Assembly (NCBI GenBank): GCA_964497315.1 | Contig: CAZCCH010000002.1 | Location: 17,519 to 81,518 of the forward strand | Direction: 5' to 3' | Source of the DNA: an uncultured Planctomycetia bacterium | Lineage (GTDB): Bacteria; Omnitrophota; Gorgyraeia; Taenaricolales; CAZCCH01 | Length of the DNA: 64,000 nt | Part shown: piece by piece, positions 1-9,618 of the stretch | Numbering within the stretch: the stretch's first letter is position 1 | Layout: every line of letters begins with the position of its first letter | Translations under genes and position numbers: made by a program | The notes under the pieces: model-generated | The model's input: only the letters and a program-made list of their open reading frames with translations | Told to the model about the DNA's origin: nothing | The model's database searches: none

Positions 1-392
1 CCTGTGTGTTTTTGTATTAAGGCAATAGCCTTTTTATGTTTTATTGTAATCAATAATATATCTGGTAATTTTCTATATACTATGGCCTTTGCAAACTCAG
101 GGTGTTCAGCTAATAACTTATTACTCAAAACCTTTGTATCTATACTAAATATATTTACACCTTGATATAAACCACAAAATGAGAATTGTTTCTCTTCTTT
201 AGAAAAAGCTTTACCTATATACTCTATATGAGAAATTCCAAAAAAAGGGCTATTTAATAAAAATGTCTTAATTTGGTAAAATAAAAATAAACATACCCCT
301 AGAATTACAAGAATTGGGGCTAGGCGCTTTGCTAAAGGAATAGTACGCACAGATTTCAATGCTAGGGTAATCCTTTTTGTTGCCCAACCCAT
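1..392 (-). CDS. ftsQ: Cell division protein FtsQ, 5' part; the gene runs off the left edge of the window
   Basis: A minus-strand ORF starts at about 392 (MGWATKRITLALKSVRTIPLAKRLAPILVILGVCLFLFYQ...). It has an N-terminal TM segment then a POTRA-like region. It sits immediately downstream of ddl, as in canonical dcw clusters. It is below the ORF-track size cutoff because it is truncated by the window edge. Confidence 0.55.
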   Translation of the reverse strand, partial: MGWATKRITLALKSVRTIPLAKRLAPILVILGVCLFLFYQIKTFLLNSPFFGISHIEYIGKAFSKEEKQFSFCGLYQGVNIFSIDTKVLSNKLLAEHPEFAKAIVYRKLPDILLITIKHKKAIALIQKHT

Positions 393-411
393 ATTAAATT
401 TAAGCTTTTTC

Positions 412-1359
412 TTAAATTTCTTTTTTCTTAAGCGTCTTCTTGGCATTTTTTTTTAAACTCAACTCCACTAATTTTACACAAAGCTGGTTAAACTCAATCC
501 CTTCTGCCTTGGCAGCCTTGGGTAGTAAACTCAATTTCGTCAAACCAGGGATAGAATTAAGCTCTAAAACCCTTATTTGGCCGTCCTTCCCATAAATCAT
601 ATCTACCCTGGAAAAATCCTTGCAACCTAGCACCTTATGAGCAAGTAAGGCATACCTTTGTGCTAGCTTGTAAGCCTTCTTTGAAATAGGTGCGGGTACT
701 AAATACTCTGTTATGCCTCTTGTGTATTTTGCCTTATAGTCATAAAAGCTTCTTTTGGGTACTACTTTAATTACAGGTAGGGGCTTTTCATTAAGTATCC
801 CAACTGTTATTTCCGCCCCAGGGATGTATTTCTCTAAGATTATTCTTTCATCATATGAAAATGCCAATTCCAAAGCCTTTTTAAAATCTTTCTTTTTTCT
901 TACAATACTAAGGCCAATACTTGAACCTTCTAAGGCAGGCTTTATAACCATAGGGCATTCATGTATTTCATTAAAAGAGCTAGAGTTTTTCTTAGTTAAT
1001 ACTTTATACTCTGGAGTAGGAATTCCTGCCTTTAAAAAAATCCGCTTAGAGTCAATTTTATTTAAGGCTAAGCGGCTTGCCCTCACACCTGATCCGGTAT
1101 AAGGTATTCTCATTGACTCTAAAATAGTCTGCACTACCCCATCTTCACCGAATTTACCATGTAGCGCAATAAATGCAACTTCTATTTTTTCTTCAACTAA
1201 GTATCTTTGCCAATTATCAATAGCATCTATACATATTACATCAAATCCTGTATTTTTTAAAGCAGAATAAACTGCCTTTCCTGATTTAATAGAAATCTCT
1301 CTTTCATTTGAAGGCCCACCCATTAAGACTGCTATTTTTTTAGGTTTATTATTAATCAT
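412..1359 (-). CDS. ddl: D-alanine--D-alanine ligase
   Basis: 315 aa with an ATP-grasp fold. N-terminal KIAVLMGGPSNEREISIKSG and C-terminal LELNSIPGLT are typical of Ddl. It lies at the dcw cluster end. Confidence 0.9.
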   Translation of the reverse strand: MINNKPKKIAVLMGGPSNEREISIKSGKAVYSALKNTGFDVICIDAIDNWQRYLVEEKIEVAFIALHGKFGEDGVVQTILESMRIPYTGSGVRASRLALNKIDSKRIFLKAGIPTPEYKVLTKKNSSSFNEIHECPMVIKPALEGSSIGLSIVRKKKDFKKALELAFSYDERIILEKYIPGAEITVGILNEKPLPVIKVVPKRSFYDYKAKYTRGITEYLVPAPISKKAYKLAQRYALLAHKVLGCKDFSRVDMIYGKDGQIRVLELNSIPGLTKLSLLPKAAKAEGIEFNQLCVKLVELSLKKNAKKTLKKKEI

Positions 1360-2267
1360 TTTACTACTCTTACCTCTGGTTCAAGCCAAATTCCATGAAT
1401 GGACTTTACTTTCTTTTGAATAAGTCCTATGAGTTCTAGTACGTCAGAGGCCTTTGCATTGCCTGCATTTACTATAAAATTGGCGTGCGTATTTGAAACT
1501 TGCGCTCCACCTATTTTTTCTCCCTTAAGACCCGATAGCTCAATTAACTTACCAGCACTTTTCTGTGAGTCCTTGGGATTTTTAAATATGCAACCTGCAC
1601 TTAAATTCTTTAAATCCTGGCTGATGTGTTTTTCTTCTAGAAAATGCTTCATCCTCCTGGCTATTTTATCATTTGAATCTTTCTTTAAGGTAAGTTTTGC
1701 TTCTAAAATAATAAAACCATCTAAATTAGAACACCTATATCCAAATCTTAACGCATTTTTATCTATAAATTTAATATTCCCGTCATAGTCAATTACCTTT
1801 ACCTGCTCTATTGCATCGCCAATGGAACCAAAATTCCCACCAGCATTCATAAAAACAGCACCACCTAAGGTAGCCGGTATCCCTGTTAAAAATTCCAGCC
1901 CACAAAGCCCTGCTTCAGTAAGAAGTTCTAAGAGCCTGCGAAGGTATATGCCACATCCTGCGCAAACCTCCAAATCAAAAAACTTAACATATCTAAATAC
2001 TTCATTGTCTAAGCTTATTACTATACCCTCATAGCCTTTATCACCAACCAAAAGATTAGAACCTCTGCCGATAACAAAACTTTTAATTTCTTCTTCCTTG
2101 CAAAGTACCAAAATCTTTTTTAACTCATCTAAACTTGCCGGGGATACCCACGCAGAGCAAGGTCCACCAATACCAAATGAGGTATGTTGATAGAGGGGTT
2201 CATTGAATTTTATATCACCCTTAAAATCTTCTAAAATTTTGTTTTTCTTAAAAATCTCTTTAGGCAC
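1356..2267 (-). CDS. murB: UDP-N-acetylenolpyruvoylglucosamine reductase
   Basis: 303 aa with an FAD-binding domain (FGIGGPCSAW...GRGSNLLV) and the MurB C-terminal domain. It has a 4-nt overlap with ddl. Confidence 0.9.
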   Translation of the reverse strand: MPKEIFKKNKILEDFKGDIKFNEPLYQHTSFGIGGPCSAWVSPASLDELKKILVLCKEEEIKSFVIGRGSNLLVGDKGYEGIVISLDNEVFRYVKFFDLEVCAGCGIYLRRLLELLTEAGLCGLEFLTGIPATLGGAVFMNAGGNFGSIGDAIEQVKVIDYDGNIKFIDKNALRFGYRCSNLDGFIILEAKLTLKKDSNDKIARRMKHFLEEKHISQDLKNLSAGCIFKNPKDSQKSAGKLIELSGLKGEKIGGAQVSNTHANFIVNAGNAKASDVLELIGLIQKKVKSIHGIWLEPEVRVVK

Positions 2268-3642
2268 GTCCTTCTAACTCCTTTGCTAAATCATCGACAA
2301 TCCTGTTAATATTACCGGCCCCTAATATTAATACAGAATCTCCCTCTTTTACAATTCTAGAGATGTATCGCGTTATTTTATCTTTGGAAAGATACACAAC
2401 AGATTTATTTTTACCTAGAGTATCGACGCTATGACAAATGGTTTTACCATCAACCCCTTTTATTGGTTTTTCTCCTGCTGGATATATATCTGTTAGAATC
2501 AGGTGGTCACACAAGTTAAAGCATTTACCGAATTCTTCTTTTAATTGAAGTGTACGCGTATACCTATGTGGTTGAAACACAGATATTAACCTATTGGGTC
2601 TCCAAAGCCTTGCTTGCGCTAAGACTGACTCAATCTCTGTCGGGTGATGGGCATAATCTTCAACCAACATAACACCATTATAAGTGCCTTTTATTTGAAA
2701 ACGCCTCTTCACACCAGAAAAGCTCTCTAAAGATTTTTTTATTTCTTTAAAATCAACACCTATATCAATGGCTACTGCAATAGCAGCTAGGGCATTTCGG
2801 CAATTATGCTTACCTCCTAAGGGCAACTTTATCTCACCAAGCCTTTCACCTGATTTATAACAGTCAAATACAGTAAAGTCTTTTTGTAACTCTATATTGC
2901 CTGCTGAGATATCTGCTCCTTTATCCAAGCCAAAACTTACCTTCCTTCCATTAAAAGCCTTTAATAAAGAGTGCTTCTGTGGCTCGTCATACCAGTAGAT
3001 TAAACACCCATCTTGCTTTGTATTAGAGACATATTGGATAAATGCCTTTACTAAACCCTTTTTGTCTTTATGATAATCTAGGTGGTCTTCATCTAAATTT
3101 GTTACTACTGAATATGTAGGCCTTAATGCTAAGAATGAGCCATCGCTTTCATCAGACTCAGCAACTAAATAGTTTCCTTCTCCAAAGACTGCATTGCCAC
3201 CAAGGGAAGGTACCTCACCTCCCACAAGAATAGTTGGCTTTAAATCTGTACCTTTTAAAATAGTCCCTATCAAAGAAGTGGTTGTGGTCTTTCCATGGGT
3301 ACCAGCTATGGATATGCCTATTTTCTCATTCATCAGCCAAGCTAAAACCTCACCTCTTAAAGCTGTAGGTATTCCTAAGGTCTGTGCTGCTTGTATTTCA
3401 GGGTTATTCTTTCTTATGCAAGATGAGTAAATTACTAAGTCTAGAGGTTCTATGATATTAGTCTTTTTGTGTCCTATATAAATCTTAGCGCCTATTTTTT
3501 TAAGTTTCTCTGTAATAGAGCTTTCTTCTACATCAGAACCACTAACCAAAGCCCCCCTTTTTATAAGCACATAGGCTATAGCACTCATACCTATACCACC
3601 TATACCTATAAAATGAATTCTTTTATAATTTGAGTACTTCAT
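2260..3642 (-). CDS. murC: UDP-N-acetylmuramate--L-alanine ligase
   Basis: 460 aa. It has the IHFIGIGGIGMSAIA N-terminal Rossmann motif, the GTHGKTTT P-loop, and Mur ligase middle and C domains. Confidence 0.9.
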   Translation of the reverse strand: MKYSNYKRIHFIGIGGIGMSAIAYVLIKRGALVSGSDVEESSITEKLKKIGAKIYIGHKKTNIIEPLDLVIYSSCIRKNNPEIQAAQTLGIPTALRGEVLAWLMNEKIGISIAGTHGKTTTTSLIGTILKGTDLKPTILVGGEVPSLGGNAVFGEGNYLVAESDESDGSFLALRPTYSVVTNLDEDHLDYHKDKKGLVKAFIQYVSNTKQDGCLIYWYDEPQKHSLLKAFNGRKVSFGLDKGADISAGNIELQKDFTVFDCYKSGERLGEIKLPLGGKHNCRNALAAIAVAIDIGVDFKEIKKSLESFSGVKRRFQIKGTYNGVMLVEDYAHHPTEIESVLAQARLWRPNRLISVFQPHRYTRTLQLKEEFGKCFNLCDHLILTDIYPAGEKPIKGVDGKTICHSVDTLGKNKSVVYLSKDKITRYISRIVKEGDSVLILGAGNINRIVDDLAKELEGRA

Positions 3643-4714
3643 TAGCTAAATCCTCTGCTGCCTTCGGTCTTCCTAATGCCCTACTGGAACCCCTAAAACC
3701 TTCCAGCCTTTCTCTATCCTCCATAATGTCTGATAAAATACCTCTAATCGCATCCCCTGAGATTAGTCTATCTTCCAGTAAAAGGGCTGCTCCATTTTCA
3801 GAAAGAAGACTTGCATTTTTGCTCTGATGTTTATCTCCATGCGGATAAGGGACTAATATCGAGGCAAGCCCCAGAGAGGTCAATTCTGCAATAGTTGTAG
3901 CTCCAGAACGTGCAATTACCAAATCAGAAGCAGCGTAAGCCTCACCTATCCTGTCAAGATACGGCAGGATGCGCCCTGAGGTATTATATTTTTTGTATTC
4001 ACTGCTTACAGAATCAAAATCAGACTTTCCAGTAAGGTGAACGAACTGTAAATTATCATTATTTTTAGAAGAGGAAAAAAATTGCATAACTGCCTGGTTT
4101 ATAGAATGCGCACCAAGGCTGCCACCCATAACTAAAACAGTAAACTTATTCTCTTTTAAACCAAGCCTTGTTATTGCATCATGTTTATCTGTGTTTAAAA
4201 TCTCATCTCTTATGGGGTTTCCTGTAAAGATGGCCTTTTTCTTACTATGCGGGGATAAGGTTTTAATCGTCTGTGTAAAACTTACTGCAATCTTTGTTAC
4301 AAAGGAGGCGCAAAACCTATTTGCTCTTCCCAAGGTTACATTCTGCTCATGAATGAGTGTCTTAACTTTAAGAAACCATCCAGCTAAAACAATAGGTGCT
4401 GAAGCGTAACTACCGAACCCTACTACAAAATTAGGTTTAAAATCATGCAAAATCTTAAGTGAAGTAAAAAAAGATATAAAAGACCTTATAAAAAACAAAA
4501 TGTAGCCTAAATTTACACCATGAGGCATAGGTCCAGCACTAATCATCTTAAATGAAAAACCTTCCCTTTTTATTAATCCCTCAAGTGCGGCTTTACGCCT
4601 TGATGAAATTACAAATAAGACTTCTGCGTCTTTTTTCTTAAGTTCGCGTGCGAGTGCCAGGCCAGGAAAAAAATGTCCTCCGCTACTGCCGCATGCTATT
4701 ATGGCCTTTAACAC
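3623..4714 (-). CDS. murG: Undecaprenyldiphospho-muramoylpentapeptide beta-N-acetylglucosaminyltransferase
   Basis: 363 aa GT28. It carries the CGSSGGHFFPGLALA N-terminal motif and the MGGSLGA donor-binding motif. Confidence 0.9.
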   Translation of the reverse strand: MLKAIIACGSSGGHFFPGLALARELKKKDAEVLFVISSRRKAALEGLIKREGFSFKMISAGPMPHGVNLGYILFFIRSFISFFTSLKILHDFKPNFVVGFGSYASAPIVLAGWFLKVKTLIHEQNVTLGRANRFCASFVTKIAVSFTQTIKTLSPHSKKKAIFTGNPIRDEILNTDKHDAITRLGLKENKFTVLVMGGSLGAHSINQAVMQFFSSSKNNDNLQFVHLTGKSDFDSVSSEYKKYNTSGRILPYLDRIGEAYAASDLVIARSGATTIAELTSLGLASILVPYPHGDKHQSKNASLLSENGAALLLEDRLISGDAIRGILSDIMEDRERLEGFRGSSRALGRPKAAEDLANEVLKL

Positions 4715-5802
4715 TATAAACCTTTCCTCCTTGCTATATTTAACAGGAGTCCTACAGACATCATATTCATTGCAAGGGATGTTCCTCCATAGCTGATAAA
4801 TGGTAAAGGTAATCCTTTTGTAGGAAGCATTCCTGTAGTAACCCCGATATTTACAATAGTTTCAAAGGCAATCTTGACAACTAATCCTAAAGCCAAAAGC
4901 TTACCAAATAAGTCCCCGGCTTTAAGTGCAACCTTAGCACCATGCCAAATAAATATGGTAAAAATTATAATCACACTAAGCGTCCCCAGTAAACCTAACT
5001 CTTCGCCTATAATAGAAAATATAAAATCAGTGTGCGATGCTGGAAGGTAAAATAGTTTCTGCTGGGATTTGCCTAAGCCTACACCTATCAATCCACCCAA
5101 ACCTAATGCCAGGAAGGATTGTATTATTTGAAAACCTGTACCCCTTGGATCAAGCCAGGGATTTAAAAATGCCATCATCCTAGCTTTTCTATAAGGTACG
5201 CTAAAGACTAAAAAATAAAGCACTGGAATTGACACCAAGACACAACTTGTAATATGTTTTAAATTAATCCCGGCAGCAAAATATAAAACAAATGCCACAA
5301 ATATTACTACTACAGAGTTTCCTAAGTCAGGTTGTACAAGAATAAGCCCAGCTACTAGTAATGTTGTAATGGCAGCAGGTAAAAACCCAAAGAAAAAATC
5401 CTTCAGCCTTTCCTGCCTCCTGCTAAAAAAATCTGCAAGATAAATTATTAATACAACCTTAGCAAATTCAGCAGGCTGAAAACTAAACCAGGCAATTTTT
5501 AACCACCTCCTTGCACCACCTGCCTCAATCCCAATATAAGGAACTAATACTAAACCCAAAAGCACTATACTAAATAAATATCCAAATTTCACAAAAAGCT
5601 TAAGCTTTTGATAATCAAAACTCATTACTAAAAAACTTAAAATAAGTCCTATTGCAAGATAAAGCAGGTGTTTTTTCAAGAAAAAGGTACTATCACCAAA
5701 TTTTTCACTAGCATATATGGCACTTGAGCTATAAATCATGACTATGCCAATACACAAAAGAATAGTTGTTGTAATTAAAATTACTATCCGTGTTCTGCGC
5801 AT
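4714..5802 (-). CDS. ftsW: Peptidoglycan glycosyltransferase FtsW (SEDS family)
   Basis: 362 aa polytopic membrane protein in the SEDS family. It sits between murD and murG. Confidence 0.85.
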   Translation of the reverse strand: MRRTRIVILITTTILLCIGIVMIYSSSAIYASEKFGDSTFFLKKHLLYLAIGLILSFLVMSFDYQKLKLFVKFGYLFSIVLLGLVLVPYIGIEAGGARRWLKIAWFSFQPAEFAKVVLIIYLADFFSRRQERLKDFFFGFLPAAITTLLVAGLILVQPDLGNSVVVIFVAFVLYFAAGINLKHITSCVLVSIPVLYFLVFSVPYRKARMMAFLNPWLDPRGTGFQIIQSFLALGLGGLIGVGLGKSQQKLFYLPASHTDFIFSIIGEELGLLGTLSVIIIFTIFIWHGAKVALKAGDLFGKLLALGLVVKIAFETIVNIGVTTGMLPTKGLPLPFISYGGTSLAMNMMSVGLLLNIARRKGL

Positions 5803-7163
5803 TTTACCTTTAATTTTAAACTTTCTACTGCCTTTTTAAACACTCTTCCCCTGTCTTTAAAGTCCTCAAACATATCAAAGCTGGCACACATTGGCGAGAG
5901 CAAAACCTCATCAGGGGCTTTAGCAAGTTCGTGTGCTTTACTAACCGCCTCTTCTAAGGAGCTACTCTCATAAACCTGGACTAAATCTCCCAAAGAAGCC
6001 TTTATCTTTTTTCTTGCCTCACCTATTAATAAAAGTGTCTTTACCTTTTCTTTTACAATATTCCTAATGGTGGAAAAATCAACTTGTTTATCTCTCCCGC
6101 CAGCAATTAATACAACCCTACTACTGCAACTCTCCAAGGCCTTTCTTGTAGCATCTGGGGTCGTAGACTTCGAATCATTTATAAACCTTACACCTTCTAA
6201 TTCTAGTATAAATTCATTCCTGTGCTCAAGCCCTTCAAAACTACTCAAGCCTTTCTTTATATATTCCTTCTCAATACCCAGTAAACTAGCCGCTAAAGAG
6301 GCTGCTAAAGCATTTCCTAAATTATGGGGTCCTTTTATCTTTACATCCTCAATTCTACATAAGCTCTTGCATTCACCTTGCGCTTGAATAAAAAGCTCTT
6401 TTTTATCAATAAAAGCAGTTTTGTTGTGTGTTTTTCTTGTAAAATATAAAATGTTGGAGTTTATTTTTACCTTTGGGTTTTGAAGTATCGGATCATCGAA
6501 ATTCAATATTGCAAAATCTCTTGATGTCTGATTGTGGAATATATTAAATTTGGCCTCTATGTATTCATTGAAGTTTTTATGTCTATCAAGGTGATTTTGT
6601 GTGGCATTTAGAAAAATCGCTATATGGGGTCTAAATTTATCAATCCTAGAAAGTTGAAAAGAACTCACTTCTAAAATCACTATTGTGTCTTTATCTAAGT
6701 CTAAAACCTGCCTGCTGAAGGGGTTTCCGATATTTCCAAGGAGAACAGTCCTTTTCTTCGCACAGGCTGTGATGTGTGCTAGTAAAGACACTGTAGTAGA
6801 TTTACCATTTGTCCCTGTTACGGCTACAATAGGAGATTTACAATACCAAAAAGCAAATTCCACTTCATCGATAATTTCTATATTGTTTTCCTTTGCTATC
6901 CTTATTGCAGGGTTACTATCCCCTACGCCAGGGCTTGCAATAATTAAATCTTGAGTCTTTATTAAATCGTGAGTATCTAAACCTAATTCAACATCAACAC
7001 CTATTTTCTGCAAACTGGCTCTTTTTTGTCTTAAAAGCTCATTATCGCAAGCATCTATTGCCTTAACATGTGCCCCGAGTCTACATGCAAGCTCTGCTGC
7101 TGCATAACCGCTTTTTCCAAGACCAATTATTGTAATTTTTTTATCTTTAATATCTTTTTCCAT
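5784..7163 (-). CDS. murD: UDP-N-acetylmuramoylalanine--D-glutamate ligase
   Basis: 459 aa. It has ITIIGLGKSGYAAA at the N-terminus, the GTNGKSTT P-loop and a Mur ligase C domain. Confidence 0.9.
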   Translation of the reverse strand: MEKDIKDKKITIIGLGKSGYAAAELACRLGAHVKAIDACDNELLRQKRASLQKIGVDVELGLDTHDLIKTQDLIIASPGVGDSNPAIRIAKENNIEIIDEVEFAFWYCKSPIVAVTGTNGKSTTVSLLAHITACAKKRTVLLGNIGNPFSRQVLDLDKDTIVILEVSSFQLSRIDKFRPHIAIFLNATQNHLDRHKNFNEYIEAKFNIFHNQTSRDFAILNFDDPILQNPKVKINSNILYFTRKTHNKTAFIDKKELFIQAQGECKSLCRIEDVKIKGPHNLGNALAASLAASLLGIEKEYIKKGLSSFEGLEHRNEFILELEGVRFINDSKSTTPDATRKALESCSSRVVLIAGGRDKQVDFSTIRNIVKEKVKTLLLIGEARKKIKASLGDLVQVYESSSLEEAVSKAHELAKAPDEVLLSPMCASFDMFEDFKDRGRVFKKAVESLKLKVKCAEHG

Positions 7164-7171
7164 TTTTTACA

Positions 7172-8260
7172 TTAACGTAACTTTAATGTTGCAAGGCTTA
7201 CTAAAGCTAAAATTACTGCAATTATCCAAAATCTAACTATCACCTTTGACTCTGACAAGCCCTTTAGCTGAAAATGGTGATGTATGGGAGCCATTAAAAA
7301 GGGTCTCCTGCCTCTAAATTTAAAAGAGGCAACTTGTATTATTACAGAAAGAGCCTCTACGACAAATATTCCACCTGCTAAGAGCAGCAATAGCTCTTTT
7401 TTTATCAAAACAGCAACTATGCCAATAGCACCGCCTAACGATAAAGAACCTGTGTCCCCCATAAAAACTTGAGCTGGATGAGAGTTGTACCATAAAAATC
7501 CCATAGTTGCCCCAAGCATGGCCGCACAAAACACAGACAATTCTCCAACGCCAGGTACATACGTTATAAAAAGATAATTACTAAAAATGCTATTACCTGC
7601 AATATAGCTTAATACGCAAAATGTAAATGCAACCATTGCCGTACACCCTACAGCTAAACCATCTAAGCCATCGGTGATATTGACTGCATTAGATGAACCA
7701 ACGATTACAAGGACGCAAAACAGCACAAAAAAAGGTCCAAGGTTAATTACCAAGTCCTTCAGAAACGGCAACTCTAACTGTGTTGAAAATTCCGGATTTA
7801 GATAAAGGTATGTACCTATGCTTACGGCCAATATTAACTGCCCAAAAAACTTTGCAAATAAAGATAATCCCTTAGAGCGCTTTTGTATTAACTTCAGGCA
7901 ATCATCAATAAACCCTACAAGACCTAACCACACTGTAGAGGCAAGGACTAAAATGACATATTTATTTGTTAAGTCCGACCAAAGCAGTGTTGTAATAACC
8001 AAAACAGCTAATATTAGAATTCCACCCATTGTTGGAGTGCCTTTTTTATCCTTATGAAGCTCATAGAGCTGTTCTGTGTGTTTCTTACGGATGTATTCAC
8101 CTATATCAAGAAAAGAAAGCATTTTTATAAACACAGGCCCTAAGATGATACTAAGTATAAGGGCTGTTACACTGGCCATAGCAGCCCGAAAGGTTATATA
8201 TCTAAATACATTAAAACCAAACCATAAATCTTTTAACGGGTAGAATAAGTGGTAAAACAT
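7172..8260 (-). CDS. mraY: Phospho-N-acetylmuramoyl-pentapeptide-transferase
   Basis: 362 aa polytopic membrane protein with the MraY signature motifs NAVNITDGLDGLA and HHHF. Confidence 0.9.
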   Translation of the reverse strand: MFYHLFYPLKDLWFGFNVFRYITFRAAMASVTALILSIILGPVFIKMLSFLDIGEYIRKKHTEQLYELHKDKKGTPTMGGILILAVLVITTLLWSDLTNKYVILVLASTVWLGLVGFIDDCLKLIQKRSKGLSLFAKFFGQLILAVSIGTYLYLNPEFSTQLELPFLKDLVINLGPFFVLFCVLVIVGSSNAVNITDGLDGLAVGCTAMVAFTFCVLSYIAGNSIFSNYLFITYVPGVGELSVFCAAMLGATMGFLWYNSHPAQVFMGDTGSLSLGGAIGIVAVLIKKELLLLLAGGIFVVEALSVIIQVASFKFRGRRPFLMAPIHHHFQLKGLSESKVIVRFWIIAVILALVSLATLKLR

Positions 8261-9618
8261 TCTAGTGCTTGCTCCATTTTAATTGCCCTTGAACCCTTTA
8301 TTAACACTACATCCTTGGGCTTAACTATTTTTAACAATAACCTCCCTGCTTCAGTAGAATTCTCACAATGCAAAACTGACTTAAGGTCCATCCCTGCCTT
8401 TAGTGCTGCCTGCACTGCCTCTTTAGATAATTCTCCTACTCCAATAAATATATCTATTGAGTTTTCAGCAGCCTCTTTTCCTACGTGGTGGTGAAAATAC
8501 GCAGAGGCCTCACCCAATTCCAGCATATCCCCACTAACAAGAATTTTACGTCTGTCTTTAAACCCACTCAATGTAGAAATCGCAGATTTCATTGATTTGG
8601 GGTTTGAATTATAGCAATCATTAATTATTAAAATATCCTTTACCTCTAATAATTGCATACGCATCTGTGGGGATTTAAAACTTGCTAAGGCCTCTAGAGC
8701 CTTTGGGATATCAATGTCAAATTCAGATGCTACTGCTATGGCACAAAGGGCATTATAGATATTATGTTCTGCTAGTATATTTATCCTTGCCTTGAATTTA
8801 TCATTCACCAAAAATTCAAAACCATCTTCTTTGCTTTTAATCTCACTCGCTGAAAAATCACATTCTGGCCTTAAACCAAATGTCTTTGACCTGCATTTGG
8901 ATAAATGAAAAAGGTCAGCAAGCATAGGATCATCACCATTCCATATAGCAAGATCTTGCTTTTCAAAATCAGTAAATATAGCAGACTTCTCCTGATAAAC
9001 TGTCTGTAGGTCTTTTAAAAACTCTAAGTGGCTTGGGCCTATATTTGTTATTATGCCTATATTGGGTTTTGCTATTTTTGCAATCTCCCTTATCTCCCCA
9101 GGGAAGTTAGTCCCCATCTCTAACACACAGGCTTGATGTTTGGAATTTAATTTAAGAAGCGCTAAAGAGATTCCTATTAAATTATTCTGTGTCCCTGGTG
9201 TCTTTAATACATTGAGTTTTTCAGAAAGAATAGAGGCAATTAAATCTTTAGTAGTTGTCTTCCCATTTGAACCTGTAATGCCCACAATGGGAATATTGAA
9301 TTTCTTTCTATGAAAACCTGCTAAATTACCTAGAGCATTATAGGTATTTGAGGCAGCTATCAAGAAGAATGGTCGTTGGTTATTGAAATCAGCTACTTTG
9401 CTTAGCTTGTCTTCTGAGATAATACATCCAGCAGCACCTTTTTTTAGGGCCTCATTAAGAAAATCATGTCCATTGAATACTTTGCCTTCTATTGCTAGAA
9501 AGACCTCCTCAGGCATAATAGTACGTGTATCAATGGAAATCCCATAGGAACCTGTACTGGATGATTTCTTTATCAATTTGGCATCCGTTGCCTTTAGTAT
9601 GTCTTCAACTGTAAACAT
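8233..9618 (-). CDS. murF: UDP-N-acetylmuramoyl-tripeptide--D-alanyl-D-alanine ligase
   Basis: 461 aa with the GITGSNGKTTTK P-loop and Mur ligase domains. It sits between murE and mraY. Confidence 0.9.
   Translation of the reverse strand: MFTVEDILKATDAKLIKKSSSTGSYGISIDTRTIMPEEVFLAIEGKVFNGHDFLNEALKKGAAGCIISEDKLSKVADFNNQRPFFLIAASNTYNALGNLAGFHRKKFNIPIVGITGSNGKTTTKDLIASILSEKLNVLKTPGTQNNLIGISLALLKLNSKHQACVLEMGTNFPGEIREIAKIAKPNIGIITNIGPSHLEFLKDLQTVYQEKSAIFTDFEKQDLAIWNGDDPMLADLFHLSKCRSKTFGLRPECDFSASEIKSKEDGFEFLVNDKFKARINILAEHNIYNALCAIAVASEFDIDIPKALEALASFKSPQMRMQLLEVKDILIINDCYNSNPKSMKSAISTLSGFKDRRKILVSGDMLELGEASAYFHHHVGKEAAENSIDIFIGVGELSKEAVQAALKAGMDLKSVLHCENSTEAGRLLLKIVKPKDVVLIKGSRAIKMEQALECFTTYSTR

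Noticed and set aside
755-1102. Plus-strand ORFs listed in the six-frame track that lie entirely inside minus-strand housekeeping genes. Examples are 755-1102, 1429-1788, 6067-6387, 18406-18984, 21834-22316, 55036-55662 and 60645-61085.
   Set aside because: Each is antisense to a long, well-supported ORF with clear family motifs. Their translations are low-complexity or Ser/Leu/Pro-rich, typical of shadow frames. No independent signals support them.
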